From positions 32,001 to 96,000 of IMG/VR virus record IMGVR_UViG_3300035698_018653: a DNA stretch of 64,000 nt; one strand, 5' to 3'. Under the pieces are notes generated by a model. That model was given only the letters and a program-made list of their open reading frames with translations. It did no database searches and had not been told where the DNA came from. This document shows positions 27,635-39,000 of this stretch, in pieces. Position 1 is the stretch's first letter; each line of letters starts with the position of its first letter. Source of the DNA: a virus. A program made the translations under genes and the position numbers.

Positions 27635-29788
27635 ATGAAGTGTCCGCTTTGTACAAAAGAAAAGGATTATGAAGAGGAATCTCTTTGTTGTGACGATTGC
27701 AGCACTAAGATAATAAAAGCAGCCAAAGATGTATCGCCATCTACCGATACAGATGAAGTCAGCCCATTGATAAATGATTTAAGGGAACTTTATAATCAAA
27801 TAAAGAATAGCGGAGAGTCAGTAGATGATCAGATGATAGAATTGCTTAAATTACGTGTTGAGATGATTACTTTAATTTGGTAAGGAGAAATATAATGCCA
27901 AAGAAAATAGTAAAAGACAAAGAAAAGAAAGCGATTTCAAAAGAGCAGAAGGAAATCAATAATCTCAAGGTAGAACTTCAGGAAGCAAACGACAAGATAG
28001 AAGATCTATATAAAAGGTATAAAAAGTTTGACGTTATTGAAGAGCGCCTTTATAAAAACGACAAACTTGACAATAAGATGATGGAAGCCATTAATGAATT
28101 CTGCCATCACTTAGGCAAGTATGAGTTTGCAGTAAAGAGGGAGAAATAAGTTATGGAAATAAGGTATTATAATTCAAATGGAGCTATTGAAAAGACTGAA
28201 ATTACTTCCAAGCGTGAGGCAGCAGCGTTCCTTTCCATCCTTTCATTAGAGGTTAAGGAACTTTCTTCTCAGGTAGATTTAGAAGAGGTATTTCAAAAGA
28301 TCATGGAAGCTGTTGGCAAGAATAGTTTAATGCTTAATCAGAATGTTGAAATACTTAGTATATTGACCGACTATGTTAATGGTGACGCCGAAGTCCTCTC
28401 ACTCCTTGAGGAGATAGACAAGAAAATAGATTTGCCTCAAGAGAAAGTAAAAAAGGAAAAAGCTGCCGATGATGATTTTCTTGACGAGGACGAAGATGAA
28501 GATCCACCACCTAAAAAGCAAGCCAAGAAAAAGGCAAAAGAGGAAGATGATGATTTCGAGGAAGAAGAGGAAACGGGTGGTGCTGCAGATGCCGATGACG
28601 ACGTAACGAATCAGGCTAATGCTGTTGATGTCGCAGAAGATAGGAGAGCTAATTTACATAGGAAAAAGACAGAAGCGGCAACTCATCGTTTTGAAACAGA
28701 ACTTAAGAATAAAAAAAAGAAAGGTAAGAAAAAATGATTACTGTAATTGAAGTAAAAGGGATAGATGAAGGTTGTGTTAGTTTTCAAGTAGTAGGTATAA
28801 TTACAATGGGAAAATTGAAGGGGGTAGCATATAGTTCAAATTCAACGGGAAATGAAGAAGGGAAAAGAAGTAAATATAAAAATATAGAAAACGGCAGAGG
28901 ATTTATACTTTCATATCCAATTCAAATAGCTTCTTTATTTAAAATAAAAGATAGACTGTATACAGAAAAGACAGAGCAAGAAATTGTGGATGCCATAAAC
29001 AATAAAGAAGTTCCTTTTGAATTGAAATTGGAGATAAGAGAATAATGCCTAAATCAAAAGCAGCAAGGATATTTGATGAGTATAAGGAACTTGAAAGATT
29101 TCTTAAATTAGAAGAGGTTCCGCTTAAGCTTGTCAATATTGAAATGACAATTACCGAAAGAATAAAGTGGGTGATAGGTAGAAAAAGAGGTGTTGAATTT
29201 ACTATTGGTGAGTTAATGAAAGAGAGAGTTGAAGATTATGAATTAAGAAATAAGAAAATGAAGGAAGGTGTAAGTTCGACTACCGGTGGAGAGGAAGTAA
29301 AACAAGTTGGGGTAAAGGAAGAAAAGAAAGAGCTTACAGAAGAAGAAATAGAAAAACTCCCCATAATACAAAGACCAGATAAAAAACCAGAAGAGAAAGT
29401 TGAATTTCTTTTTAAAGAAATAATGAATAACTTAGAATTTCCACAACAACGTGGTTTTGATTATATTAATATTATTTTTGGTGTATTTATGGCAGATGAT
29501 GGAAATTTATTTCTAGTTATGGCCAAAGAAAATTATTATAAACATGGTGTAAAGGAAGTAAGTTTTAATATTGGAAGTTTTCTTACGTTTTGGAAGTTAG
29601 ATAAAATTGCAGAAATGTTTCGACATACCGTTATTAAAAAGGATGATTTTTCTTCCCTTGAAGGAATGTGGTTTGACAAAGAGGGTGGTGATATAAAAAT
29701 GATAATATCGTGTTTTACAAATCCTGATCAAAATGATCCACAGGACTTAGGTGAAGAAGATGATTATGGGACTACAAAATTTATTTAA
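27635..29788 (+). other. Run of hypothetical CDS (27635, 27877, 28153, 28734, 29045); 28153 has acidic/basic low-complexity tracts
   Basis: Closely packed co-oriented ORFs; no recognisable catalytic motifs. Confidence 0.55.
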
Positions 29789-29797
29789 AATATATAA

Positions 29798-29826
29798 TTC
29801 AATTGTAAAATAACAGCGTATATTAT
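29798..29826 (+). promoter_or_regulatory. Putative promoter TTCAAT-N17-TATTAT
   Basis: CGTATATTAT at 29817-29826, intergenic. Confidence 0.6.
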
Positions 29827-29887
29827 TAATAACGGGCTACCTCAGAGAGGTTGGCTGAAGTACAGTAAAGAAGTACAGAAGTAAGTT

Positions 29888-29959
29888 GTTCTTTGAAAAG
29901 CGGGGAGAAACAAAATAGTATTTAATTTAGCTATTTTGATTGCCTATTTCTCCCCGCTT
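29888..29959 (+). ncRNA. boxA-like element followed by a long hairpin
   Basis: GTTCTTTGAAAA at 29888-29899; 13-bp stem AAGCGGGGAGAAA/TTTCTCCCCGCTT plus 8-bp inner stem CAAAATAG/CTATTTTG. Confidence 0.55.
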
Positions 29960-30110
29960 CTTAATCTTTAAAAAAGGGACTGAATTTGATAATGACTATG
30001 AAGCGAAATAAGGAGTTTTCCTTACAATGAGCAATAAACTACTAGAAAGTACATATAATCGCTTAAACCGTCCTGTTTGGCGCTCAAAACAGCTATAATA
30101 AGGAGTTGAT

Positions 30111-30356
30111 ATGTCTAAAGTGAAGGTATTTGTTACCTGTACTGTTCCGAAGTTAGGGGATATGGAAGTAAGTGAACGAATTTTAGTTAATAAAAAGGAT
30201 GTTGAATTTTTTACTTTACAAAAGATATTAAGGGAAAAATACAAAGACAAAAGAACGGTAATTGGAATTGGAGTATATAATAAAGCAGGCGATAAACAAG
30301 TGCCGCTTGAAGAAGTGAAGAAAATACAAAAGAAAAAGAAAGCATTAATATTATAA
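30111..30356 (+). CDS. Hypothetical protein
   Basis: AAGGAG RBS, 81 aa. Confidence 0.55.
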   Translation: MSKVKVFVTCTVPKLGDMEVSERILVNKKDVEFFTLQKILREKYKDKRTVIGIGVYNKAGDKQVPLEEVKKIQKKKKALIL

Positions 30357-30708
30357 ACAATTGAAACTATACAAAATCAGGAAAGTAGCATTTAAACTAA
30401 ATAAGGGAGGTTGTAATGGCTAATAAAAAAGAAGCATCAATAAAGAGAGAAAAAATAACCTTAAGAGTATGTACTTTAGATTTAAACGATGATGAGTTTT
30501 GGGGCCAACTTGTGAGCGTAGGGGCAAAATAGACTTTATATTTGACAATAAGAACCTCCAGCCACAATGGGGTGCATGTAATTCACCGGATACGTGTAAA
30601 TATAGTGCATATAAAAAAGGAGTGTTAGTGTTACGGGTAGGGGAAGTATAAGTAAATTTACAATTATAATTGAGAAAAATGTTCTTAAAGATATAAGCTC
30701 TTTGAAAA

Positions 30709-31035
30709 TTTATGTGGGAGGCGCCGTACTATAGGTGAAAGTGATGAATTTGTCTATAGCACAACGCCCCCGAACTTGTGATTCGGGGTAGCAACTAAAC
30801 CGTAACCTGTTCTGAATTTCTAAAAGTATAGTGGTAATCACCCACCAGGGGCTTTTAAAGCTATATGTTTTTTCAGCGACGTATTCCAACGTCATTATAC
30901 ATATGGCCAGTTCAGTCATTGGCTACGATAAAGTAAGCGCCATTCAGTCAAGAGGTTTGTCAATAAATACTGCATGATTGGCCTCCTTTGCATTATTAGT
31001 ACGGTGACGGAAAGCGTCTGCGCCTCCCACATAAA
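30709..31035 (+). ncRNA. Unassigned 327-nt multi-stem structured RNA preceded by boxA-like GCTCTTTGAAAA
   Basis: Perfect 16-bp terminal stem TTTATGTGGGAGGCGC/GCGCCTCCCACATAAA, nested stem CCGTACTA/TAGTACGG, several internal hairpins, no + strand ORF. Confidence 0.7.
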
Positions 31036-31064
31036 AATTTTATAAAAAAACAGGAGAAATTAAC

Positions 31065-32865
31065 ATGAAATTATCTAGAGAAGAAAATTATAAGAGATAT
31101 AAAAAGGTAACAATGTTAGCGAGAATAATTAGGTCTGGTAGAAAATTGAGTAAAGATAATTTAAAGTTTTACGACAAAGAAGTAGAAAGAATAAGAAAAC
31201 ATAGGGAAGAATCAGATAAGATTAAGTGGGAAAATTACGATAAAGACATAAAAGGGCTTTCAAAAAAGTTTAAAAGATTAGATAGGGCAATATCAAAAAA
31301 TGACGCATTAGAGTCTATAAAAATAATACGAGATATACTAGTGATCGATGTAGATTTTGGAGGTTTTTGTGAAAGATGAACAGTTAGATAAAGCGATTAA
31401 TTAATATTATAAATAATACAAAGGAGCGTATTAAATGAATCAAAACGACCTGATCAACATGAACAAAGAAATAATTTCTGTAATGAAGGATATGTTAACC
31501 TTTATAAATCATAGATCAAATTGCCAGATGGTTATGTATGCTGCATTCGAAGGTCAGAAGTGCGATTGTGGATATGACAATCTCATTAATCAATTAAAGA
31601 AATTGAAAAAGGAAGCCGAGTAATGAGCAGAACAAAATTTATTAAGATAGACTATACTTGCGATGTAGATGCACTAGGGCATAAAGAGTGTGATGAGAAA
31701 TTAGAAACCGCTTGTAATACCTCATCGAAGTGTGACAAGGAAGCGAAAGAGAAAGGGTGGTATCTGGGATATAAGTATACTGGGGGCGAAAGAGTGCCGG
31801 TGACGTTATGCCCTAAACATGCAAATTTAATTCATGTGCCCAAAAGAGTAAATAGAGAGGGAAATATATATCTTTATGAAGAGGGAGATTATCTTGCCAA
31901 GGTAAAGGTAATTGATGATCTAAGCAATAGAACATCTGACAATAACTTTTCTTTCTGTTTAAAGATTCTTGTTATCATAAGGCAAGTAAAAGATATGAGT
32001 CATTTGGGACCAGGAGATATGTTTAATGTAATAAAGAGAGTAAAAGACAGAAAGAGTTGGAAGCTTAAACCGATAAAAATATTTAGCAGAAGACAGAACC
32101 CGTCAAAGGAAGGTGCCATAATATGATAAAGGATATAATTTTTAATACGCTATATAATGAGCTTAGAGATATAGAGGCCAATAAAACATTATGTCTTTTG
32201 GCCTTAAAAGAAAAAGCTAAGTTAGCGGCAAAGAAAATAGAGATTGCTATTTGGAAGGAATTCTTTTCTGATAATATAGACGAAAGAATTAAAAGTCAGT
32301 TTGATGAATCATGGAGCTACCTTAACAAGCATAATGTACCCGCTCAAGTATTCTATCCGAAAGAGGGATATAAGAGTCTGACATTAAGGGAAAGGATTGA
32401 GTGGTTTATTATAACAGAAGGACTGGAAGAGCATCAGTTAGATATAAAAAACAAAAAAGACTTAAACAATTTAATTGATAAAGTAAGAAGCAAGATAAAG
32501 GAGAATGAAAAGTGAAAATGGATTGGAAGAAAAGTGAAGCAGAGAATTATTTTGATATTTCTTTAGATGGTAGTTTTTGCCTAGCTGGAACAATTATTCT
32601 TAATAAAAAAGAAGTTGTAGAGATGATGAAAATCTGTAATTATATAATTAATGAAGAGCATAAAGGAACAAGAAATAAAATTGGAGAATGTTTTGGATTT
32701 AATGTAAGGGAGCTAATAGATGATGTTATTGAATATAAAGAAAATCAAAACGTAAAGGTAACAGGGCATATTGAATGTAAGTGTGGAAAATCACAATTTA
32801 TCGAAAGAACAATTTATAAATCAGAACAAGATATAAACGAAACAGAAATTTATTTGTATACGTAA
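31065..32865 (+). other. Run of small hypothetical CDS (31065, 31435, 31623, 32123, 32512)
   Basis: Co-oriented ORFs with AGGAG RBS or overlapping start/stop codons. Confidence 0.55.
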
Positions 32866-33041
32866 GGAGAATGAGAAATGGCTAAAAAAATAATGAGGTG
32901 GAAAAAGAGCGACTGGCCAAAACGCTTTGAAATAGCCCTTGAGGGTAGTTTTAATATAGTGCCTAGCACTATAATTCTTACAAAATTAGATGTAAAACTT
33001 TTAAGAAATATTTGTAATGAAATACTTAAAAAGGCAAACAA

Positions 33042-33362
33042 ATGAAAAAACTATTCTTAATATTTTTAGCCTGTATAATTTTTAATTGCGCTGCGATAAA
33101 CAATCAAAGGAGAACAACCTATATAAATACGCATCCAAATACCCCTGCTGTTTTTAAAGACGCAATTATCAGAGGGGCAATTAAAGTAGGTATGACCAGG
33201 AACGAAGTAAGGGCTGCATGGGGTAGCCCAAGTATAACCTCAAGTAACACCTGGATATACGGTGGCTGTTGCGAACTTGGCTGCACCTATGAGCATGTTT
33301 ATTTTAGAAACGGAAAAGTAATTGACTGGGAGTCAACCGATAGCGGAATATTTGTTGATTAA
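33042..33362 (+). CDS. Lipoprotein with SmpA/BamE-like (DUF2845-like) domain
   Basis: MKK-hydrophobic-FNC lipobox; GMTRNEVRAAWGSP; YFRNGKV. Confidence 0.65.
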   Translation: MKKLFLIFLACIIFNCAAINNQRRTTYINTHPNTPAVFKDAIIRGAIKVGMTRNEVRAAWGSPSITSSNTWIYGGCCELGCTYEHVYFRNGKVIDWESTDSGIFVD

Positions 33363-33454
33363 GGAGATAAGATGAAGAATAGATTTTATAATTTAAGTGA
33401 AAATAAAACGAAAGAAAAATATACCAAGATAGATGCCAATAAAGGAGCTAACAA

Positions 33455-34869
33455 ATGAAAAAGAAAGCAAAAGCAAAGCCTAAGAAAAAGCAGATTGAAT
33501 ATCAGGTAGTAGATGCCGATGGTAATGGAAACGCATATGATACGCTGGAAGGACTGATAGAGGATATAGAGAAAGGTGATTTAGTGCCTATAGAGGAGTC
33601 GCATAGTAATAGTGCGACAATAACTAAGGTAGAGGTGCTAGAGCGCATTAGTATACGTGTACTAGACGAGATGCGCTATAAGGTGGAGATAATCGAAAGG
33701 AATAAACCGTGTAAAAGGAGAATAAAGATGGAGATAAAACAAACTAAAAAGATAGAGAAAGTATTTCAGCCATATTCTATTAAGATAGATATTGGTAGCG
33801 AACCGGAAAACGAACAGATAAATACATTAATGGATAGGGTAATGAGGCTTATTGGTAGCGGAGAGATAAATAGTTCAGATGATAGGGAAGATTTTATTAA
33901 CGACATAATAGAAATAACTAACTCTAATGCTACAGACGAATATAAAGCAGATGAATAAAAGGAGAAATAACAAATGAATATTAGATTAGACTTAAAACAG
34001 GATAAGGAATTGAGAAAGGAAATTAACGAAATAATTAAGGGGCAAGTCAAAGCAATTGCCAGGGAAGATGTAAAGGAAACGGTATTGGGAGAGATTAAAA
34101 GTCATGTAGATAATTTTTTAGCTTGTAATCCACATGAGATATTTGAAAGGATTATAGAAAAGACAATAATGAATATATTAGCAAAGGATTTTGGTATCAC
34201 TCAATGGGGTAGAAAGTATATTGCCCCTATTGTAAAGGAAAGGCTTGATTCTGTATTGACAGATGGACAAGTAATAAAATCGGTTAAGGAACAAGTTCAA
34301 GTAAAAATAAACAAGATGATAAAATCATTAAAGGATATAGGATTATAAAAAGGAGAACTAAAACCATGATTGCAATAGTATATGAGCATGGCAAAGCAAC
34401 TAATATATATTCATCTGTTGAATGTATAATGTCATACCTGGACAATAACCAATACAAGATAGTATTTAAGCATACGGAAGAACGATCAGATGTTGCAGTA
34501 GAGTTAAAGGAAGGATATTGTATTAGAGCGATTAATAAATTGAATAATGAAACGATAGAGATGATTAATTATATAGAGCAAGATGTTGCCTGGGAAAAAC
34601 TAGATGTACCAGAGCCAAAGGTAAAGATAACAGATGATAAAGTTGAGTATCAGATAATAGATCAGTCCGGCGCTCTATGTGTATTTGCTTCTCTTGCTAC
34701 ACTCAAGCACTCCATAGAGACGGGCAATATAAGCCCCTATGTTCTCTACAATAAAGCTGTCGTCACCTGTGTAGAGAAGCGAGAGGTGCTTACTATTGCT
34801 ATTAGAAAGAATACCGAAGTAACCGACAGATACACCGTTGATGTATTAGAACAAAAGATATATCCATAA
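33455..34869 (+). other. Hypothetical CDS 33455, 33974 and 34366; 33455 and 34366 share a paralogous domain
   Basis: IEYQVVD...RYKVEIIE versus VEYQIID...RYTVDVLE. Confidence 0.55.
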
Positions 34870-34909
34870 TAACTGCCCAATAACACCTATAAATATTAGT
34901 TTATTAGCA

Positions 34910-34967
34910 TATTCGAATAACCTATTATTATATTATAAGAATATTCTAATATTCGAATATTCGAATA
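34910..34967. repeat. Clustered palindromic 10-mer TATTCGAATA
   Basis: Exact copies at 34910, 34950 and 34958; one-mismatch copy at 34942. Confidence 0.8.
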
Positions 34968-35641
34968 ACCTAATACAGAATGAGAATTAACAGATTAATA
35001 ATCTCCCGTTTAAATAATTTGCCATATGTAAATAACAAACAAGGAAGTCTCTATATAATAAAAAGGAATAGTAATAGTAAATTAGATAACAAATAGTCAA
35101 GGAAAGATTAATAAGCAAGAGAGAAAGGATAACAAAGAGATAGCAAGGGAAAGGTGAGTGATAAGAATAAAAGGAAAAGAGTTAAGAGAGTTCAAAGGGA
35201 AAGGAAGTAGGAGAATACAATAAGGAAAAGTATTAGGTAGAGAATCAAGAGAGGAAAGCATATAGGAGCGATAAGGAGCGATGTATGATAGTGATAGGGT
35301 ATATAGAGCGGATAGGTATCCAGTGCATGAGAGTAGTATTAAATAAATAAAAGAATAAGTAAGAGAGTTAAGAGAAGATTTAAATAGCTGAGTAGTATTG
35401 GGATAGTAAGGAGCGGTATATGATAGGATATAAGGTGCAATGGTGGGATAGTACAGGGTGTATAGTAGAGTGTAGTATACTCTATGAACTCTTTATGCAC
35501 CCTTTGCCCTGATCGTCAAATGTTGCCTATCGAGACGCTAAAGAGACTATATGCTGAAACTTACGGAGCGACATATGTAAGACACTATTGATAACAACGT
35601 CCCGCCCCCATAACTCTATATAGATATAGACACTTATAGTT

Positions 35642-35669
35642 ACTTCGTATAATAGTTATTACGTAAACT
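35642..35669 (+). other. XerCD dif-like recombination site
   Basis: ACTTCGTATAA-TAGTTA-TTACGTAAACT, an 11-6-11 architecture close to B. subtilis dif (ACTTCCTAGAA-TATATA-TTATGTAAACT); lies in the largest non-coding gap. Confidence 0.7.
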
Positions 35670-36055
35670 TAGCAAGGTAAGAATGATGTAAGTTACTATT
35701 AATATATACACTTACGAGAGGTAAGGGACATTATTGAGACACACAAAGCAGTGCGCCGTCCGGTAAATATTACACATAAGAGGATTGAGAAACAAGTATT
35801 TAGGTAGAATCAAAAAACGCCGTAAGTCTAATAGAATGGATTTAAAACTTACAAAACTTACAAAAGTTACACGTCGTAAGTCCTTTATATATAAGTACTT
35901 AGGGGGGGGGTACCAAAAACGGATAGGGGTATATCAATTTTATATCGATTACTCACCTTCTCCCTACAAACTATTTTGACATTCAAAACACTTTTCCGGG
36001 GTGTTGTTGATAAAAGGAACCCCAATAAAAGGAATCCCCACAACAAAACAAAAAA

Positions 36056-39000
36056 ATGTATGCCAAACAAAACAACTCATCGTATATTATAATAAAGGAA
36101 GGAATAATCAATAACAAAAAGGAGTTAATTATGAAAGCAATAATAGTAAAGGAAAATAAGTTTAATGATTTATTTGAAAGATTTAGAAATGAATTAGATT
36201 TAATAAAGCTGTCAAGAAAAGAAGATCCAAATTATGATATTGAAAGGGCAATAAACTATCATGTATGTAAATTAAAAACTAATCTAGTAAGTTCTGATTA
36301 AAGGAACCCATAATGAAACTAGACAAAACACAAATAGGAAAGAAGTAAAAATACGGAAAGATAAAGTATTTGAATATGCTAAAATTAGATAAAGGAGTTG
36401 AATGATATGATAAAAATAATAACTACCTTTAGGGCTATAAAAGTAATTTGTATCTTTAGAGATAAGCAAGATTGTATAGATGGCAACAATGTAAGGAGTG
36501 ATGGTTGTAATAAAAAATGCTGTGAAAAGAATTGCCCAATAATAAAGAATAGTGAAAAACTAGATAACCATACAGAAAAAATGATAGGTATAGGGCGTAC
36601 AACCGGAATAAAGAATTATTTAAAGGAGCTTAAAAATGTTAAAGGAAATCAAAGAAATAGTTTTAAGTCATAGTAATTATAACGTAATGTATGATACGCT
36701 AATAGGTATAAACAATAATAGTAAATTTGGGGTATTAATTGCTTTAAATAATTTTAAGTTACCGGGAGAAGTAAAGAGCGAAATCTTAAATATAAAAGAA
36801 AGACAACTGATACCGATTATAATTGAATATAATATTATAGAGATTTTCTGTGATGACGAATCAAATACTTCTGTCTGGGCAGAACTGTATCCTGCAGAAG
36901 TAGAAATACTATTTGAAAACTGTAGCGTTATGATATAGGAAATAGTAATGAAAATCAAACTAGAAAATCAAGCAAGGAGAGAAATTTTAAAATCTAAGAA
37001 TAAAGCCAGGCAAGCAATTGACTTGCTGGGCGGTATCATAGGGCATATAGCGCTGAATGATAAACTGACCTATACAGAATTTATAAGACACTACAGAGAC
37101 AAATGGTATGAGATAGTAGAATAAAAACAAAAGGAGCAAGTAAAATGATAACCATATTTACCCGAGATGACCTAAAAGAAAATTGTAAAGATATTGCTAC
37201 ATCGGAAGTATGCACAGATCATTTAATGATTCATTGCCGAGAAACAATTAATGTATCTAGCCTTATAATTTTTATAAGCGAAGAAATAAAGATATTGAAA
37301 AATAGATACGGTAGTGGAAGCGGACGGGTATTTAGCTTAAATGAATTTATAATTAATTTATTGAAATAGGGAGCCACTAAATGAAAGAGCCAACCAAAAA
37401 GCAACACGATATTCTATATGAAGTTAATGAAAACTATTCCGTACAGATGATAAATAGTAATGAGAAGATAGATAAATATTGGGAGCTGGTAAGAATGGGG
37501 TATTTAAAAAATCTAGTGTCCTTGGGGCTGATGTATGATTGGAAATTTGTATTAAGCGAAGAGGGCGAAAAGTATATTAATCAATAGGAGCTAACAAATG
37601 TTCAAAGAAGACGAAGTAACTTTTTTAATAGCAAATACTTTTCAAAGATTAGATATTGGATTTAATTGTTATTATGAAAAAGTAAAAGATAAATATGATA
37701 GAATAGAAAAATATAAATTAATCAATAAAGAAAACGGAAGTATGATAAAAGGACTTGTAATACATATTAACAGTAGCTACAAGAATGACTTAAGAGATGT
37801 CTATCAAGTGGAGGGTTGGAATATAAAAAAAGTAATTCTTTTAGAGCGCTGTATTTTAGAGATAAAAACAAGATGTATATTAGATAATATAATGAATAGC
37901 AGATTTGGAAAAACTAAATGGGAACAATTTTCAGATAGGTAGGGGTATAATAAATGAACGTAATCCAATGCCCGAAGCATAAGGAAACGCCAACCTGTCC
38001 GTATAGGGACTGGAGCAATAAAGTGGGCTGCGGAGAAAGCCCCTGCCAGATGGCTACGGATATTGAAGATAAGGAATCTAAGCCCCTCCATGATTATGGA
38101 AAGTGTCTCCACGGCATTTCTATAATGGAAGATTGTAAAAAGTGCGGAAGAGATTATAAAAAATTTACTTAAAAGGAGCATAAATGACATTCGAAGAGTT
38201 TTGTGAATTTCATAGGATGCTAGAGCATAGGGCATATATTATATTAGGTTTTATATATGATAATTTTAACGTTAATGAAGAATATATAAAACAAATATTA
38301 ACTGACACCACAATAGAATCTCAGCTTACCCTCGAAATGATTTATGATGGACTTGTGGAGTTTAAGAAATACAATAGCGATAAAAAAAATCGTGTTGCTT
38401 TTTATAGTTTAATTTATATGCTTAAAGATATGTCAAATAAAGGTTTTCATGGAGCAGCGGCCGGAGTGGAGCTTAGAAAAATATTATTAAACAAAGGAGC
38501 TAAGATGAAAGACAAAAAACATTTAGGGTCCAATAAAAGACTCTTAGAGGTTGGTAAAAAATATAAAGCAATAAAAGAATTTTTTACTGCATATTGTGTT
38601 ATTGTTTATAAGGGTGAGATTTTGTATATAGAAGAAACACATAAAGGAAATAATAAATTATTAAGCGCCAACAATGAAAAATATTTATTGCGTAAAAATA
38701 AAAGCTATATTGATTGCTTAGAATTAATTACGGACGAAAATAAAAAATGCACTACTGGTCATCTATTAAAATCAATAACAGAGGAGTTAAAAGTGAAAGA
38801 GGAAAACAAAGCATTGGATTTACTATGGCAGTCATATGAAAAATGGAATCAGGCAGATGAAGTGCTGAGAGATAATTTAGGAAAGGAATGTGACAAGAAA
38901 ATGAATTTAGCGTTACGTATTGGTGGTACCGTATTAATAAAACATGGAACAAGCAATTGCCCGTTATGCAGAAGCTTTATAGAAGAAGATAATTGTTCAA

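Noticed and set aside
30709-31035. tmRNA, RNase P, SRP, 6S or self-splicing intron identity for the large RNA
   Set aside because: No tRNA-like ends or T-loop, no GAGGAAAGTCC, no SRP helix-8 motif, and no intron core recognised by eye
35030-35480. KOPS/SRS motifs orienting FtsK toward the dif-like site
   Set aside because: No exact GGGNAGGG or GAGAAGGG seen; only general purine richness
34870-36050. CRISPR array in the large non-coding region
   Set aside because: The repeats are short, degenerate and irregularly spaced, with no repeat-spacer periodicity and no cas genes
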